A stretch of DNA of 64,000 nucleotides from an uncultured Desulfobacter sp. (GTDB lineage Bacteria > Desulfobacterota > Desulfobacteria > Desulfobacterales > Desulfobacteraceae), in assembly GCA_963665095.1 (NCBI GenBank), contig OY762069.1, forward strand, positions 4,000,001 through 4,064,000. The letters run 5' to 3'. Within the stretch, counting starts at the first letter, position 1, and every line of letters starts with the position of its first letter. The position numbers were made by a program, and so were the translations under genes. This document shows, piece by piece, positions 40,110 through 49,515 of the stretch. The notes beneath the pieces are model-generated. The model did not search any database. It worked only from the letters and a program-made list of their open reading frames with translations, and was not told where the DNA came from.

Positions 40110-40736
40110 ATGAACTTCCAGCAAATTGCCCAAAACAGAAGATCCATTAATTTTTTTGATCCCCAAAAGGATGTCCCTGAAGCGCTGGTCCGCCAAATGG
40201 TGGAACTGGCAGCACAGACCCCGTCCAGCTTCAACCTTCAGCCATGGAATCTTTTGATTCTCAGGGATACGGAACAAAAGGAAAAACTTAAATCCCTGGC
40301 CTGGGATCAGCCCAAGGTGGCAGAGGCGCCTGTAACAATGATTCTGCTGGCAGACAAAGAGGGATGGAAACCGGGGCACCCGGTGTTTGAACAGACCTGG
40401 CAGCAGATGGTTAAATCGGGCATGCCTGAAGAACAAAGGCAGTGGTTTCTGGATGCCACCGGTTCCCTTTACAACTGGCACCCGGACGCAAACCTTGCCT
40501 TTGCCGCCAAAAATGCCGGTTTTTTTGGCATGAGCCTGATGTATGCCGCCACAAGCCTGGGGCTGGACTCCCATCCCATGGACGGGTTTGATCATGAAGG
40601 GGTTAAAAAGGCCTTTAATATCCCGGACAGATACTGGATTCCCCTGCTGCTTGCCGTGGGATACAGAAAACCCGACCTGACGCTGGACCCGCCTAAATGG
40701 CGAAAAACCTATGAAGATATTGTGGTTGCTTTTTAG
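40110..40736 (+). CDS. Nitroreductase family protein
   Basis: RRSI..F, PSSFNLQPW, GLDSHPMDGFD, AVGY. Confidence 0.92.
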   Translation: MNFQQIAQNRRSINFFDPQKDVPEALVRQMVELAAQTPSSFNLQPWNLLILRDTEQKEKLKSLAWDQPKVAEAPVTMILLADKEGWKPGHPVFEQTWQQMVKSGMPEEQRQWFLDATGSLYNWHPDANLAFAAKNAGFFGMSLMYAATSLGLDSHPMDGFDHEGVKKAFNIPDRYWIPLLLAVGYRKPDLTLDPPKWRKTYEDIVVAF

Positions 40737-40787
40737 GTAGCACCTGCACCTGAACGAAAGCCCCGTATTTGGAATAGATCCTGGTGA

Positions 40788-40829
40788 AAGGGGATGACTG
40801 CCGGTAACAGTCCTGGCAGTTATCCCCTT
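40788..40829. terminator. Hairpin between convergent genes
   Basis: AAGGGGATGACTGCCGG...CTGGCAGTTATCCCCTT inverted repeat. Confidence 0.6.
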
Positions 40830-40854
40830 CTGAGTTGGGAAAAAACTTCCGGAT

Positions 40855-41072
40855 TTAAACCACAAGGCTGGTAAAAGGGTTATTGCGGTATGAATCAGAA
40901 TCTTCTGTCATGATACTCATGAAGTTGGCACTGACATTTTCATACATACTGATGGCCATGGCATTGACCAGCGTCAGGCTGGTGTCATCCTCATCCGCTT
41001 CCTCCGGTGGCGGGCCGCCGCCGGGAGGAGGACCGATGGCCGTTTCATTGCCTTCAGGGGCGGGATACTCAT
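40855..41072 (-). pseudogene. Probable internally deleted or frameshifted gene remnant (Pro/Gly-acidic C-terminus)
   Basis: Strong SD AAAGGAGA before ATG 41072 gives MSIP.. and stops after 32 codons, while another frame carries the protein-like GPPPGGGPPPEEADEDD...AISMYE. Confidence 0.45.
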
Positions 41073-41150
41073 TGTGATCTCCTTTATAGTTGGTTAGTTG
41101 GCCTGAAGGAAAAAATTTCCCTTTCAATGTATCTGAAACAAAAACAGTGC

Positions 41151-42164
41151 CTACTTATTCTCAGGCGGCACCACGTCTGGCATAGTCCCACAGGATTGAT
41201 CCGGATGCGTCCTGAATTTTGCCGGAAACTGCTGATAATGGGCCATCATGGCCTGACGGGGCGTGTAATCTTTAAGGCTTTTAAGCGGCATATCGACATA
41301 CGTATTCAGCGCAGCAGCCAACCGGTTGGACAGGGCATCTGTGTATATTTCCCGGGTATGATTTCCATGACCGTTGAGACGCATCTCCATATCATTCCCT
41401 GCACCCCTAAGACGACGGCAGCTGGCCTCCAGTTGCGCCAAGGTCTTTTCAGGCATGGACCGGCACACCTGACAGGTCACCCCCTGCAACCGACAGAGTT
41501 GTTGAAGCATATGCAGATGGCGGCGGCTGTCATCCCGGAATTTGGCGTCGGAATTGTGCAGGGATAAAGGCTGCTCAGCAATTATGGCACTGACAGGTAT
41601 GGGAAAATGGTCGAGAATCTCCTTGATGAAAGGCAACGCCGGCCCATGAGGTGGATGTGTCGCCTGAATACAAACCCACCGGCTCACACTGTCCACCATC
41701 ACATCAAGAGATATCGGCGTGTGTGCGAACAGCCGTGCCGGGAACAAAAACCTGGAATAATAAAAACAGGTCCCGCCACCCTGGACGGACGCGGCAGGCC
41801 AGGCAGTGTTCAGGGCAGGAAGTCTTGAAATATGATACTGCTTCAGACATCGGTTCAGACTGGACCTTGAGCAATCTGCCGACAAAAACCGGTGAACCAG
41901 GGTTAAAAGATCATCAAGACCGAAACGCAAACTCAATCGCGCACAGACAGCGGCAACCTCCTGCCGCAGGTCAAGCGCGGTATTCACTTTTTCCGGGGTA
42001 TGGGGTTTATCAAATACAGATGCTCTTTTTTGCCACTTCCTTATGGTGGCGTCACTGGTGCCCATACAGGCGGCGGGCCTGGACACCCCCATGCCGGTAT
42101 TTTTCTGGATAAATTCGCGCTGCCCCGGCGTTGTCCGGGCATTTTCATGCAGGTTTATTCTCAT
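41151..42164 (-). CDS. IS481-family transposase-derived protein with degenerate catalytic motifs
   Basis: N-terminus LHENARTTP..., TIRKW..R, LDDLL, SRSSL.RCL is typical of IS481 Tnp; the HxD and TDNG motifs are replaced (FYYSR, IIAEQP). Confidence 0.75.
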   Translation of the reverse strand: MRINLHENARTTPGQREFIQKNTGMGVSRPAACMGTSDATIRKWQKRASVFDKPHTPEKVNTALDLRQEVAAVCARLSLRFGLDDLLTLVHRFLSADCSRSSLNRCLKQYHISRLPALNTAWPAASVQGGGTCFYYSRFLFPARLFAHTPISLDVMVDSVSRWVCIQATHPPHGPALPFIKEILDHFPIPVSAIIAEQPLSLHNSDAKFRDDSRRHLHMLQQLCRLQGVTCQVCRSMPEKTLAQLEASCRRLRGAGNDMEMRLNGHGNHTREIYTDALSNRLAAALNTYVDMPLKSLKDYTPRQAMMAHYQQFPAKFRTHPDQSCGTMPDVVPPENK

Positions 42165-42209
42165 AGGGAAAAGGTCTCAATTTTTCAAACAATCTGGTGG
42201 GACTTAATT
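41179..42209 (-). mobile_element. Eroded IS481-family element (about 1.03 kb)
   Basis: Imperfect inverted repeats AGTCCCACAGGATTG (41184-41198) and CAATCTGGTGGGACT (42190-42204), 13/15 match, flanking an IS481-like ORF. Confidence 0.7.
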
Positions 42210-42533
42210 ACAAAAAACTAAAAATATCCATTTAAATGAAATGCAGTTTCGCTGCAGACCCGGCAGAATCTTCTCATGGCAGTCGGAAAAATAATCCGGT
42301 CGGCGATGTATACTTCCGGTAAATATGCCCTGATAAACCGGTACAAGGGGCCATACCCCATGGATTCTCCAGAACAGAATGTAATATAACCTATTGCTGT
42401 TATAAAAAATCCTTTGATTGCCGGGCTTGCATCCTCAACGTCAGCAATATACCAGTGTGCCATATCTACAGGGTCTCTAATTATTTGTTACAGCAATATC
42501 CGGACCAGATCTCAGCGAAAAGATGAATTGAAT

Positions 42534-42562
42534 TTGATTTTCCAGCCCCAAAGGCGTATTAT
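42534..42562 (+). promoter_or_regulatory. Sigma70 promoter of the K+ uptake operon
   Basis: TTGATT-N17-TATTAT. Confidence 0.55.
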
Positions 42563-42741
42563 CGGGCTTAACGGTTTCCGGTGTGTATTTGCCGCTCAAG
42601 CGCCAAAATCACAGCCGGATTAATTTTTTAATGATACAAAGCCACACCGGTTTTCATGCCGGGATACAATGCACAGCAACACATGGAAAACAAAACAATT
42701 TACGTTTTTCACTTTTAAACGCAACATGGGATCTCCCGGAA

Positions 42742-44106
42742 ATGACTTTTGCACAACATAAGGCCCTGTCTCCCGGCCGCATCTCCATGCTCAGCTATGC
42801 CGGTCTTATTATTTTAGGAGCCCTTCTGCTGCTTTTACCCATATCCACGGCAAAAGGTCACTTACACCTTATTGATGCGCTTTTTACCTCAGCCTCAGCC
42901 GTCTGTGTCACAGGTCTGACGGTGGTGGACACGGCATCCACCTTCACCTTTTTCGGCAAATGCGTCATTCTGACACTCATTCAGGCTGGCGGTATCGGCA
43001 TCATGGTACTGTCCACCCTTTTTCTGGTCACTTTAGGCAAACGCGTGGGCATGACCGGCCGTCAGATGCTCAGCGATACGTACAGCTACGGTCAGGGTAA
43101 AAACGTGCACACCCTGGTCAGGGAAATCATTATCTTCACCCTGGTGTTTGAACTGATCGGTGCCGGTGTCATGCTGCCTGTTTTTCTTGGCAGGTTTCCC
43201 GTGGACACAGCGATCTGCTATGCGCTTTTCCACTCTGTCAGTGCTTTCTGCAATGCCGGATTTTCCCTGTTTCCCGACAGTTTCACCGGCTACGGCAGCA
43301 ACTGGATCATCAACCTTGATATCTGTCTTCTGATCATTACCGGTGGCATCGGCTTTATTGTCATGGCTGAAATCCGGCAGAAATTTTCATTTTCAAAACG
43401 GTGCTGGTCCGCCTTAAGCCTTCATACCCGGCTGACACTATCTGCCACCCTGTTTCTTCTTGCCGGAAGCACGTTGTTGTTTTTTGTTCTGGAATGGTCC
43501 AACACCCTTAAAGACCTGCCCCTGCATGCCAAACTCCTGACTGCATTTTTTCAGGCTGTCAACACCCGGACCGCCGGGTTCAACACCCTTGATATCGGCA
43601 GTCTGGCCAATGAGACCCTTTTTATCAGCATTCTTTTAATGTTTGTGGGAACAGCCCCGGGCTCCTGCGGCGGCGGGGTCAAGGTGACCACCGTATCCAG
43701 TCTGGCCATCCTGGGATATTCCAGGTTCCGGGGCCAGGAACACCCCCATATTTTCTACCGCAGGGTGTCAGACGCCAGTATTTCCAAGGCGGTAAGCCTG
43801 ATTATCATCAGTATGATGGTAATTGTCATTGGCGTGGTTCTACTTCAGCAGACGGAAATCGGAGATGTTCCCCATAATCTGACCCGGGGTTCCTTTCTTG
43901 AAATTTTATATGAAGTGGTCAGCGCATTCGGCACTGTAGGTCTTTCCACCGGTATCACCCCGGGATTTTCCTGGGCCGGCAAGCTGATTCTCGTGTTCAT
44001 CATGTTCATCGGGCGCCTGGGCCCCATGGGCATTGCCCTGGCCGTAAGCCGGAAGGCTAAACCAAGTAAATTCTCTTATGCCCAGGAAAATATCATGATT
44101 GGATAA
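42742..44106 (+). CDS. trkH: Trk/Ktr potassium uptake membrane subunit (KtrB/TrkH)
   Basis: Selectivity-filter motifs SAVCVTGL, SAFCNAGF, RTAGF, SAFGTVGL; IGRLGP; start probably ATG 42742. Confidence 0.92.
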   Translation: MTFAQHKALSPGRISMLSYAGLIILGALLLLLPISTAKGHLHLIDALFTSASAVCVTGLTVVDTASTFTFFGKCVILTLIQAGGIGIMVLSTLFLVTLGKRVGMTGRQMLSDTYSYGQGKNVHTLVREIIIFTLVFELIGAGVMLPVFLGRFPVDTAICYALFHSVSAFCNAGFSLFPDSFTGYGSNWIINLDICLLIITGGIGFIVMAEIRQKFSFSKRCWSALSLHTRLTLSATLFLLAGSTLLFFVLEWSNTLKDLPLHAKLLTAFFQAVNTRTAGFNTLDIGSLANETLFISILLMFVGTAPGSCGGGVKVTTVSSLAILGYSRFRGQEHPHIFYRRVSDASISKAVSLIIISMMVIVIGVVLLQQTEIGDVPHNLTRGSFLEILYEVVSAFGTVGLSTGITPGFSWAGKLILVFIMFIGRLGPMGIALAVSRKAKPSKFSYAQENIMIG

Positions 44107-44119
44107 AGGTAGGTTTTAT

Positions 44120-44782
44120 ATGAAACAATTTCTGATTATCGGGCTGGGGAATTTCGGATTTTACCTGGCCACCCACTTATACAGTAAAGGCCACGAAGTC
44201 ATGGCCATTGACAAAAATCCGATCCTGGTGCAGTCCATTAAAGACCAGGTGACACAGGCGGTTGTGGCCGACGCCACAGATGCAGGCCCCCTCAGGGAAC
44301 TTGGGGTAAAAGGCGTGGATACGGCCGTGGTGGGCATTGGTTCCGTACTCGGAGATTCCATCCTCGCCGTGCTCAACCTCCAGGAGATCGGCATTCCGCA
44401 CATCGTGGCCAAGGCCATCAGTGACCCCCACAAAAAAGTCCTGGAAAAACTGGGAGTGGAGGATATTATTTTTCCGGAAAAGGACACAGCCCTTTCCATG
44501 GCAAAAAAAATGGACAATCCCAATCTTATTGATTATCTGCCGTTCATGGAAGGATACGGTATCATTGAGCTGGCTGTACCTGAAAAATTTGTGGGCAAAT
44601 CCCTTAAGCAGATCAACCTGACAAACACCTACGGAGTCCAGGTGATTGCCATAAACAGCCCGGAAACAAAGCACACAAAGTTCACCCCCCAGGCAGACAG
44701 CGTTTTGAATCAGGAAGATATCCTGATCCTTCTTGGTCCGGAAAAAGGTCTGGACACGCTGAAAAACGCCACCAAAAAATAA
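44120..44782 (+). CDS. trkA: Trk/Ktr regulatory RCK subunit (KtrA/TrkA)
   Basis: IIGLGNFG Rossmann; I.AKA; IIFPEKD; C-terminal RCK_C. Confidence 0.92.
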   Translation: MKQFLIIGLGNFGFYLATHLYSKGHEVMAIDKNPILVQSIKDQVTQAVVADATDAGPLRELGVKGVDTAVVGIGSVLGDSILAVLNLQEIGIPHIVAKAISDPHKKVLEKLGVEDIIFPEKDTALSMAKKMDNPNLIDYLPFMEGYGIIELAVPEKFVGKSLKQINLTNTYGVQVIAINSPETKHTKFTPQADSVLNQEDILILLGPEKGLDTLKNATKK

Positions 44783-44868
44783 AGCATCAGAAAAAAAACA
44801 ACCTGCCATCCTGCTTGCTTTTTTATTTGTATTCCTCGTTGGAGCAAGGCCTTTCCAAAGGGCTGGAA

Positions 44869-45540
44869 TCAAATCCGGAACAACGACAAAGGAGACGGAC
44901 ACAGTCCGTCCATGATTGCAAAATCCGTGACGCTGCAGTACCCCTTGGACACCCATCCGTCATCAATACCTTTTTGCGTGATTACCTGCAGATGGGTGTG
45001 GTAGAACCAGTCGCCGTTTTCATGGAAATCCCCGATCCGGGCAAAGGCCTGACCGGCTTCGAACCTGCCGCCCTTTGCCGGCAGACTCTCCCTGTTGAGA
45101 TGGCCGTACAGGCTGTAAAAGGTGTCAAAAAAGGGGCTGTCATGCCGCAGCAGGACATTGCCCCCGTAATTGCCCTTGCCCTCTTCATACCCACTTTCTT
45201 CAACCACGCTGTCCAAAGGGGCATGCAGCGGGGTGTCAATGGGCACGATAATATCCAGGCCCAGGTGATAATACCGTTCTTCTGCTTTCATCTGGGGATA
45301 ATGGGACAAAATAGTCCTGCGGTCTTCAAGATAGGAGGAAACGCCCCAGGAGTATCTGCCGGCCATGGCAGCATCGAGCCATGCCTGAAACGCTTTCTGG
45401 TCCATGATGTCCACCTGGTCGTATACATCAGACCCCAGGGACATGTCCACCACCAGGGGATCGCCTTTCAGCCCCTGAAACAGGGGCTGGATGTCAACCT
45501 TGTCACTATATGCTACATAGGGATATCTCATCAGTTCCAC
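44869..45540 (-). CDS. M23-family metallopeptidase-like protein, no signal peptide
   Basis: HLGLD (HxxxD), YG..VLLRH, SLYGHL, HTHLQ (HxH). Confidence 0.85.
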   Translation of the reverse strand: MELMRYPYVAYSDKVDIQPLFQGLKGDPLVVDMSLGSDVYDQVDIMDQKAFQAWLDAAMAGRYSWGVSSYLEDRRTILSHYPQMKAEERYYHLGLDIIVPIDTPLHAPLDSVVEESGYEEGKGNYGGNVLLRHDSPFFDTFYSLYGHLNRESLPAKGGRFEAGQAFARIGDFHENGDWFYHTHLQVITQKGIDDGWVSKGYCSVTDFAIMDGLCPSPLSLFRI

Positions 45541-45548
45541 CGAAAATG

Positions 45549-48011
45549 TTAAGAAACCGGAAAATCATTGGTCTTGATCAGCCCCGGCACGTTGACCACC
45601 GGATGTCCCTCCTCCTGGATACGCACACCATCGGGAAAGACAAACTGCTCATCCATGGCTTTATAATAGTCTTCATCATAACAGGCAAGCGCGATTTCAA
45701 CCGTATCTCCGGTTGTCACAAACCGTGAGGTCAGCCCGTAATCCACCTCGCCCAGTTCCGTGGCAATGATGTATCTCGGGATCTCACGACCTGAGCCCTC
45801 CCGCCGCACCATTGTGGCAATGCTGGTCACATCAAAGGAGTCAATGGGGCGGGCCTCATTCCACCGCGCCTGGACCGGCAGGCCTGCAACATACAGATGG
45901 TGGAATTCTATGCCGGCATTCCTTAAGGCATAAGCCAGATCATGAATGGCATTGTCTGTATCATTGATACCGCCAAGCAGCGGCACATTGGCATAAACGG
46001 AAATGCCCAGATTGTTCAGCCGCCGGGCAAGTTTTGCATGGGCTTCTGTTATATCCTGTGACCGGACAAACCAGGTCTCAATCTCCAGGCGCAAAGGCTC
46101 AACCACACACAGGCGGTTCATCTCTCCCAGGGTATTAACCGCCATACGGGTAAATTTTTCAGGGGATAGGGCAAACGTCATGGAGCGCAGGCGAAGGGTG
46201 TTTACATGGTCAATAGCGTCCAGTTCTTTCATAATGTTGCGGATGCTGGACAGGCAGGTCACAGGATCCCGGTCACAGGTCAAGACCACATCCGTAATCC
46301 TGTGATCCGCCCGGATATAGGAAAACTCCTCCTTTGTGGCTGTTTCGTTGATAAGTACCCGGGTTTCATGAAGCCTTGCCAGGCTGTCAAGTCCGGTGTT
46401 TACAACGGAGCAGGCCGTCTGGCAGACATCGGCCAGCTCCTGTTCAATCTCTTTGATTTCTATGGGACTTGCTTCCGCATTTTTGGCAGCACTTTTCCCA
46501 GGACGGTTTCCGATCAGGTAATCATCATTACCAATCTTTGCCATGTACTGGATATCAATGGTGCCTTCTTCATTGATCCGGATATTGCTCAGTTCATTGG
46601 CCAGGGGCGCAAAGGCTTTGAAATAACCTGGCGTGTAAGGCGTTCTGATCCAGATGAAATTATCATTCTCCCCCACCCGTTCAACTGCCCATCCACTGGA
46701 AAACCAGTCCATTTTTCCAATGGGTGTGGCTGTGCAGATCCTGGGAATGGCCCGGTCAGACAAATGGGCCCGCAGGTGCAATGCAGTATCAATACCGTCG
46801 GCCAGGGATTTCCAGTAGATAGAGTTGCCATGGATGGGGCTGCACGGAATATAGATATAGTGCATCTCGGCACCGGCCCCCCTTAGACGGGAGAACAGCG
46901 TGACCAGCTCCGGCCCCTCATCATTGCATCCGCTTAAAAAGGGTGTCTGGATATACACGGCAATGCCGGCGTTGACCAGGTCGGTTATAATCTCCAGGCT
47001 TTCCGGGGAAATTTCATCGGGATGGATAAAATGGGTGGCCACTTCCATGCGCTTGCCATGTCTTTGCAGCTCAAAGCTTTTCTGTTTGAGATACTTGAGA
47101 TATTCACACTCTTTTTCCAGAAACAGGTCGGGATAATAGGCCACAGACCGGGTGGCAAGTCTTAAGGACTGGACATGATCCACGGCCATCAGGCCGTCAA
47201 TGGTGGCGGCCATATTCTTCCGGTTCATGAAAGGATCGCCGCCTGTTACAACAATTTCCTTGATACCAGGCGAGTTTTTCACATGATCCACCGCCTTCAT
47301 TACGTCTTCGGGGGTGGGATTTTTTTCGTTCCGTGAATCCTTGTGTTTCCGGAAGCAGAACCGGCAATATACCGGACAGCTCATATTGAGCAGAAAAATA
47401 ACCCGGTTCTGGTACATCTGCTCCAGAAGACCGTCGTGAAACTGACCGATCCAGGTGTTGGTGTGCCCCACCGAGTTAAGCTCCTCCACAAAGGGCAGAT
47501 ATTGATAGGCCACATCCCTTGAGACCATCATCTGACGGATGGTATGCGCTGAAATCCTCACGGGATATTTTTCAATCACCTCCTGCAAAGCCGCCTCGTC
47601 AGATTCAGGAATCTCCAGGTTGGTCAGCGTCACCAGCTGCCCGGTATCCCTGACCGATTTATACCCGTGCCCCGGCAGGACCTGTTCAAGCATATCTGCC
47701 AGCAGAACTGCGGGAAGGCGAACGCCGTTGACCGCCAAGGCCCATCCGTCGCCCCGGGCTATGGTTCCCAGAATCTGCTCAAAAAATCCCCTGGGATCAT
47801 TTTCATAACCGCAGGCGTTCAGCAGAGAGGCAAACCGGTTCTCCCCGCTTCCCTGCCCAATGAGCGCTGCAAATTTCTGCCCGCAGAACTGCGTATTCCC
47901 GTAGATATCGAGAAATTGAACAACCCCGCGGGTCAAATTTTCAACGGGAACCTCTACCTGTTTTTTAGCGTGCTGGAATTCAATGTTCAGCACCTGATTT
48001 TGTGTTTCCAT
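45549..48011 (-). CDS. Tandem-domain KamA-family (lysine 2,3-aminomutase-like) radical SAM protein
   Basis: CPVYCRFCFRK; VTGGDP; LRLATR; THFIHPDE; Q.P.L.G.ND; PIGK (PLP Lys position); C-terminal half is a degenerate repeat. Confidence 0.88.
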   Translation of the reverse strand: METQNQVLNIEFQHAKKQVEVPVENLTRGVVQFLDIYGNTQFCGQKFAALIGQGSGENRFASLLNACGYENDPRGFFEQILGTIARGDGWALAVNGVRLPAVLLADMLEQVLPGHGYKSVRDTGQLVTLTNLEIPESDEAALQEVIEKYPVRISAHTIRQMMVSRDVAYQYLPFVEELNSVGHTNTWIGQFHDGLLEQMYQNRVIFLLNMSCPVYCRFCFRKHKDSRNEKNPTPEDVMKAVDHVKNSPGIKEIVVTGGDPFMNRKNMAATIDGLMAVDHVQSLRLATRSVAYYPDLFLEKECEYLKYLKQKSFELQRHGKRMEVATHFIHPDEISPESLEIITDLVNAGIAVYIQTPFLSGCNDEGPELVTLFSRLRGAGAEMHYIYIPCSPIHGNSIYWKSLADGIDTALHLRAHLSDRAIPRICTATPIGKMDWFSSGWAVERVGENDNFIWIRTPYTPGYFKAFAPLANELSNIRINEEGTIDIQYMAKIGNDDYLIGNRPGKSAAKNAEASPIEIKEIEQELADVCQTACSVVNTGLDSLARLHETRVLINETATKEEFSYIRADHRITDVVLTCDRDPVTCLSSIRNIMKELDAIDHVNTLRLRSMTFALSPEKFTRMAVNTLGEMNRLCVVEPLRLEIETWFVRSQDITEAHAKLARRLNNLGISVYANVPLLGGINDTDNAIHDLAYALRNAGIEFHHLYVAGLPVQARWNEARPIDSFDVTSIATMVRREGSGREIPRYIIATELGEVDYGLTSRFVTTGDTVEIALACYDEDYYKAMDEQFVFPDGVRIQEEGHPVVNVPGLIKTNDFPVS

Positions 48012-48017
48012 CCCTTG

Positions 48018-48332
48018 CTATACCTCGTAAGCCTTATAAACGTAATACACGCTGTATTCCGGAAGCCCTTGTCCCATGAGCTTTCCCAGAATCTGTTCTT
48101 CAATGCCGGGCCGTACCTGAACCATCAGGTATTCCAACCCGGAATCCATATCAATCACCTGTTGCCAGACCATCTTCTCCTTTTCAAGAAAACTGTATAT
48201 CCTGAGTTCCAGGGCCAGTATGGAGCCATTCCCCGGTCCGGGCCGGTTTTCAAACACAATATAACTTTTTCCCGGATCCAGGTTTTCCCTGATCCACGCA
48301 AAATTTTTATGTTCCGGACCCTGATCTGAAAT
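48018..48332 (-). CDS. Small hypothetical protein, probable ATT start
   Basis: Frame is open back to ATT 48332, which lies 6 nt after TAAAGGAGG; in-frame TAA directly upstream; 6-nt gap to the KamA-like gene. Confidence 0.65.
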   Translation of the reverse strand: MSDQGPEHKNFAWIRENLDPGKSYIVFENRPGPGNGSILALELRIYSFLEKEKMVWQQVIDMDSGLEYLMVQVRPGIEEQILGKLMGQGLPEYSVYYVYKAYEV

Positions 48333-48417
48333 TTGCGGCCTCCTTTAATTCAACCATTCAGTCGCCCTTGCTCCAGAGCCAGTGTTTAAGCGGCAAGTTG
48401 CACGGTTGCACGGCCGC

Positions 48418-49515
48418 TCAAACACCCAGTAATCTGCAGTGAAAGGGGTCTGCCTTGACAAACACCTCATCCCCCCGGCGGTAAGGACTTCTTTTGACAA
48501 AATTAATCACATGCAGCACCTGGCCCGGGGCCAGCTCAACAAAATAGCTCACCTCTCCGCCCATGTAGCTGCGGTCCACAATTTTGCCGAAAAAATAGTT
48601 CATGCCCGGTTCCCGGGTAAAATCACGGTTGTGCCCAAGCATCATTTTCTGGGCACGGATCACGATTTCTGCCCTATCATCTTTGGCAAACGCCCCGGAC
48701 GGATTGGTAAGACAGATGCTGCCATCCCCCAGCCGCACCTTGAGATAATCTCCCTCCTTTTCGTCCACCACAGCGTCAAGAAAATTGGAATGGCCCAGGA
48801 AATCAGCCACAAAATGGTTGGCTGAATTGTTGTACACCTCTTCGGGTGTCCCTTCCTGCTGGATAAAGCCGTCTTTCATCACCACCACCTTGTCGGACAT
48901 GGACAGGGCTTCTCTCTGATCATGGGTAACAAAAATGGTCGTCACGCCCAGGGCCTGCTGGAGGTTGTCAATCTCCCGGCGCATATCCTCCCGAAGGTTT
49001 TCATCCAGGGCTGACAGGGGCTCGTCCATGAGCAGGACATCCGGTTCAATGACAATGGCCCGGGCAAGGGCAATACGCTGCTGCTGCCCGCCGGAGAGCT
49101 GGGAGGGCATCCGGTCTCCGACGCCGGGCAGGCGCACCGTTTCCAGGGCCGTATCCACCTTCCTTTTAATTTCAGGCTTTAAATCCCCCCGGTACTTCAG
49201 GCCGAATGCCACATTGTCAAATATGGTTTTATGGGGAAACAGGGCATAATTCTGAAATATCATTCCCAGGTTCCGTTTATGGATGGGGGTGTTGTTAATA
49301 CGTTTGCCTTTAATGAAGATATCCCCATGGGTGGGCGTTTCCAGTCCGGCCAGCATTCTGAGCAGGGTGGTTTTCCCGCATCCGGACGGTCCAAGAAGGG
49401 TCACAAGGGAGCCTTCGGGAATGGTCAGGTCCATTTTTTTCACCGCCGTCACCTTGCCGTAATGTTTTTCAATCCCCACAAATTTTACAAACTCCGGGTT
49501 TTTTTCTTGTGCCAA
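48418..49515 (-). CDS. ABC transporter ATPase (PotA-like)
   Basis: GPSGCGKT, FQNYALFPH, LSGGQQQR, LMDEP, C-terminal TOBE region. Confidence 0.93.
   Translation of the reverse strand: MAQEKNPEFVKFVGIEKHYGKVTAVKKMDLTIPEGSLVTLLGPSGCGKTTLLRMLAGLETPTHGDIFIKGKRINNTPIHKRNLGMIFQNYALFPHKTIFDNVAFGLKYRGDLKPEIKRKVDTALETVRLPGVGDRMPSQLSGGQQQRIALARAIVIEPDVLLMDEPLSALDENLREDMRREIDNLQQALGVTTIFVTHDQREALSMSDKVVVMKDGFIQQEGTPEEVYNNSANHFVADFLGHSNFLDAVVDEKEGDYLKVRLGDGSICLTNPSGAFAKDDRAEIVIRAQKMMLGHNRDFTREPGMNYFFGKIVDRSYMGGEVSYFVELAPGQVLHVINFVKRSPYRRGDEVFVKADPFHCRLLGV

Noticed and set aside
42218..42463. 81-aa minus-strand ORF next to the IS481-like element
   Set aside because: No recognisable motif or clear SD; cannot be supported
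45549..48011. Calling the radical SAM gene kamA, ablA or epmB
   Set aside because: Twice the normal length, substrate residues differ and the partner genes are absent
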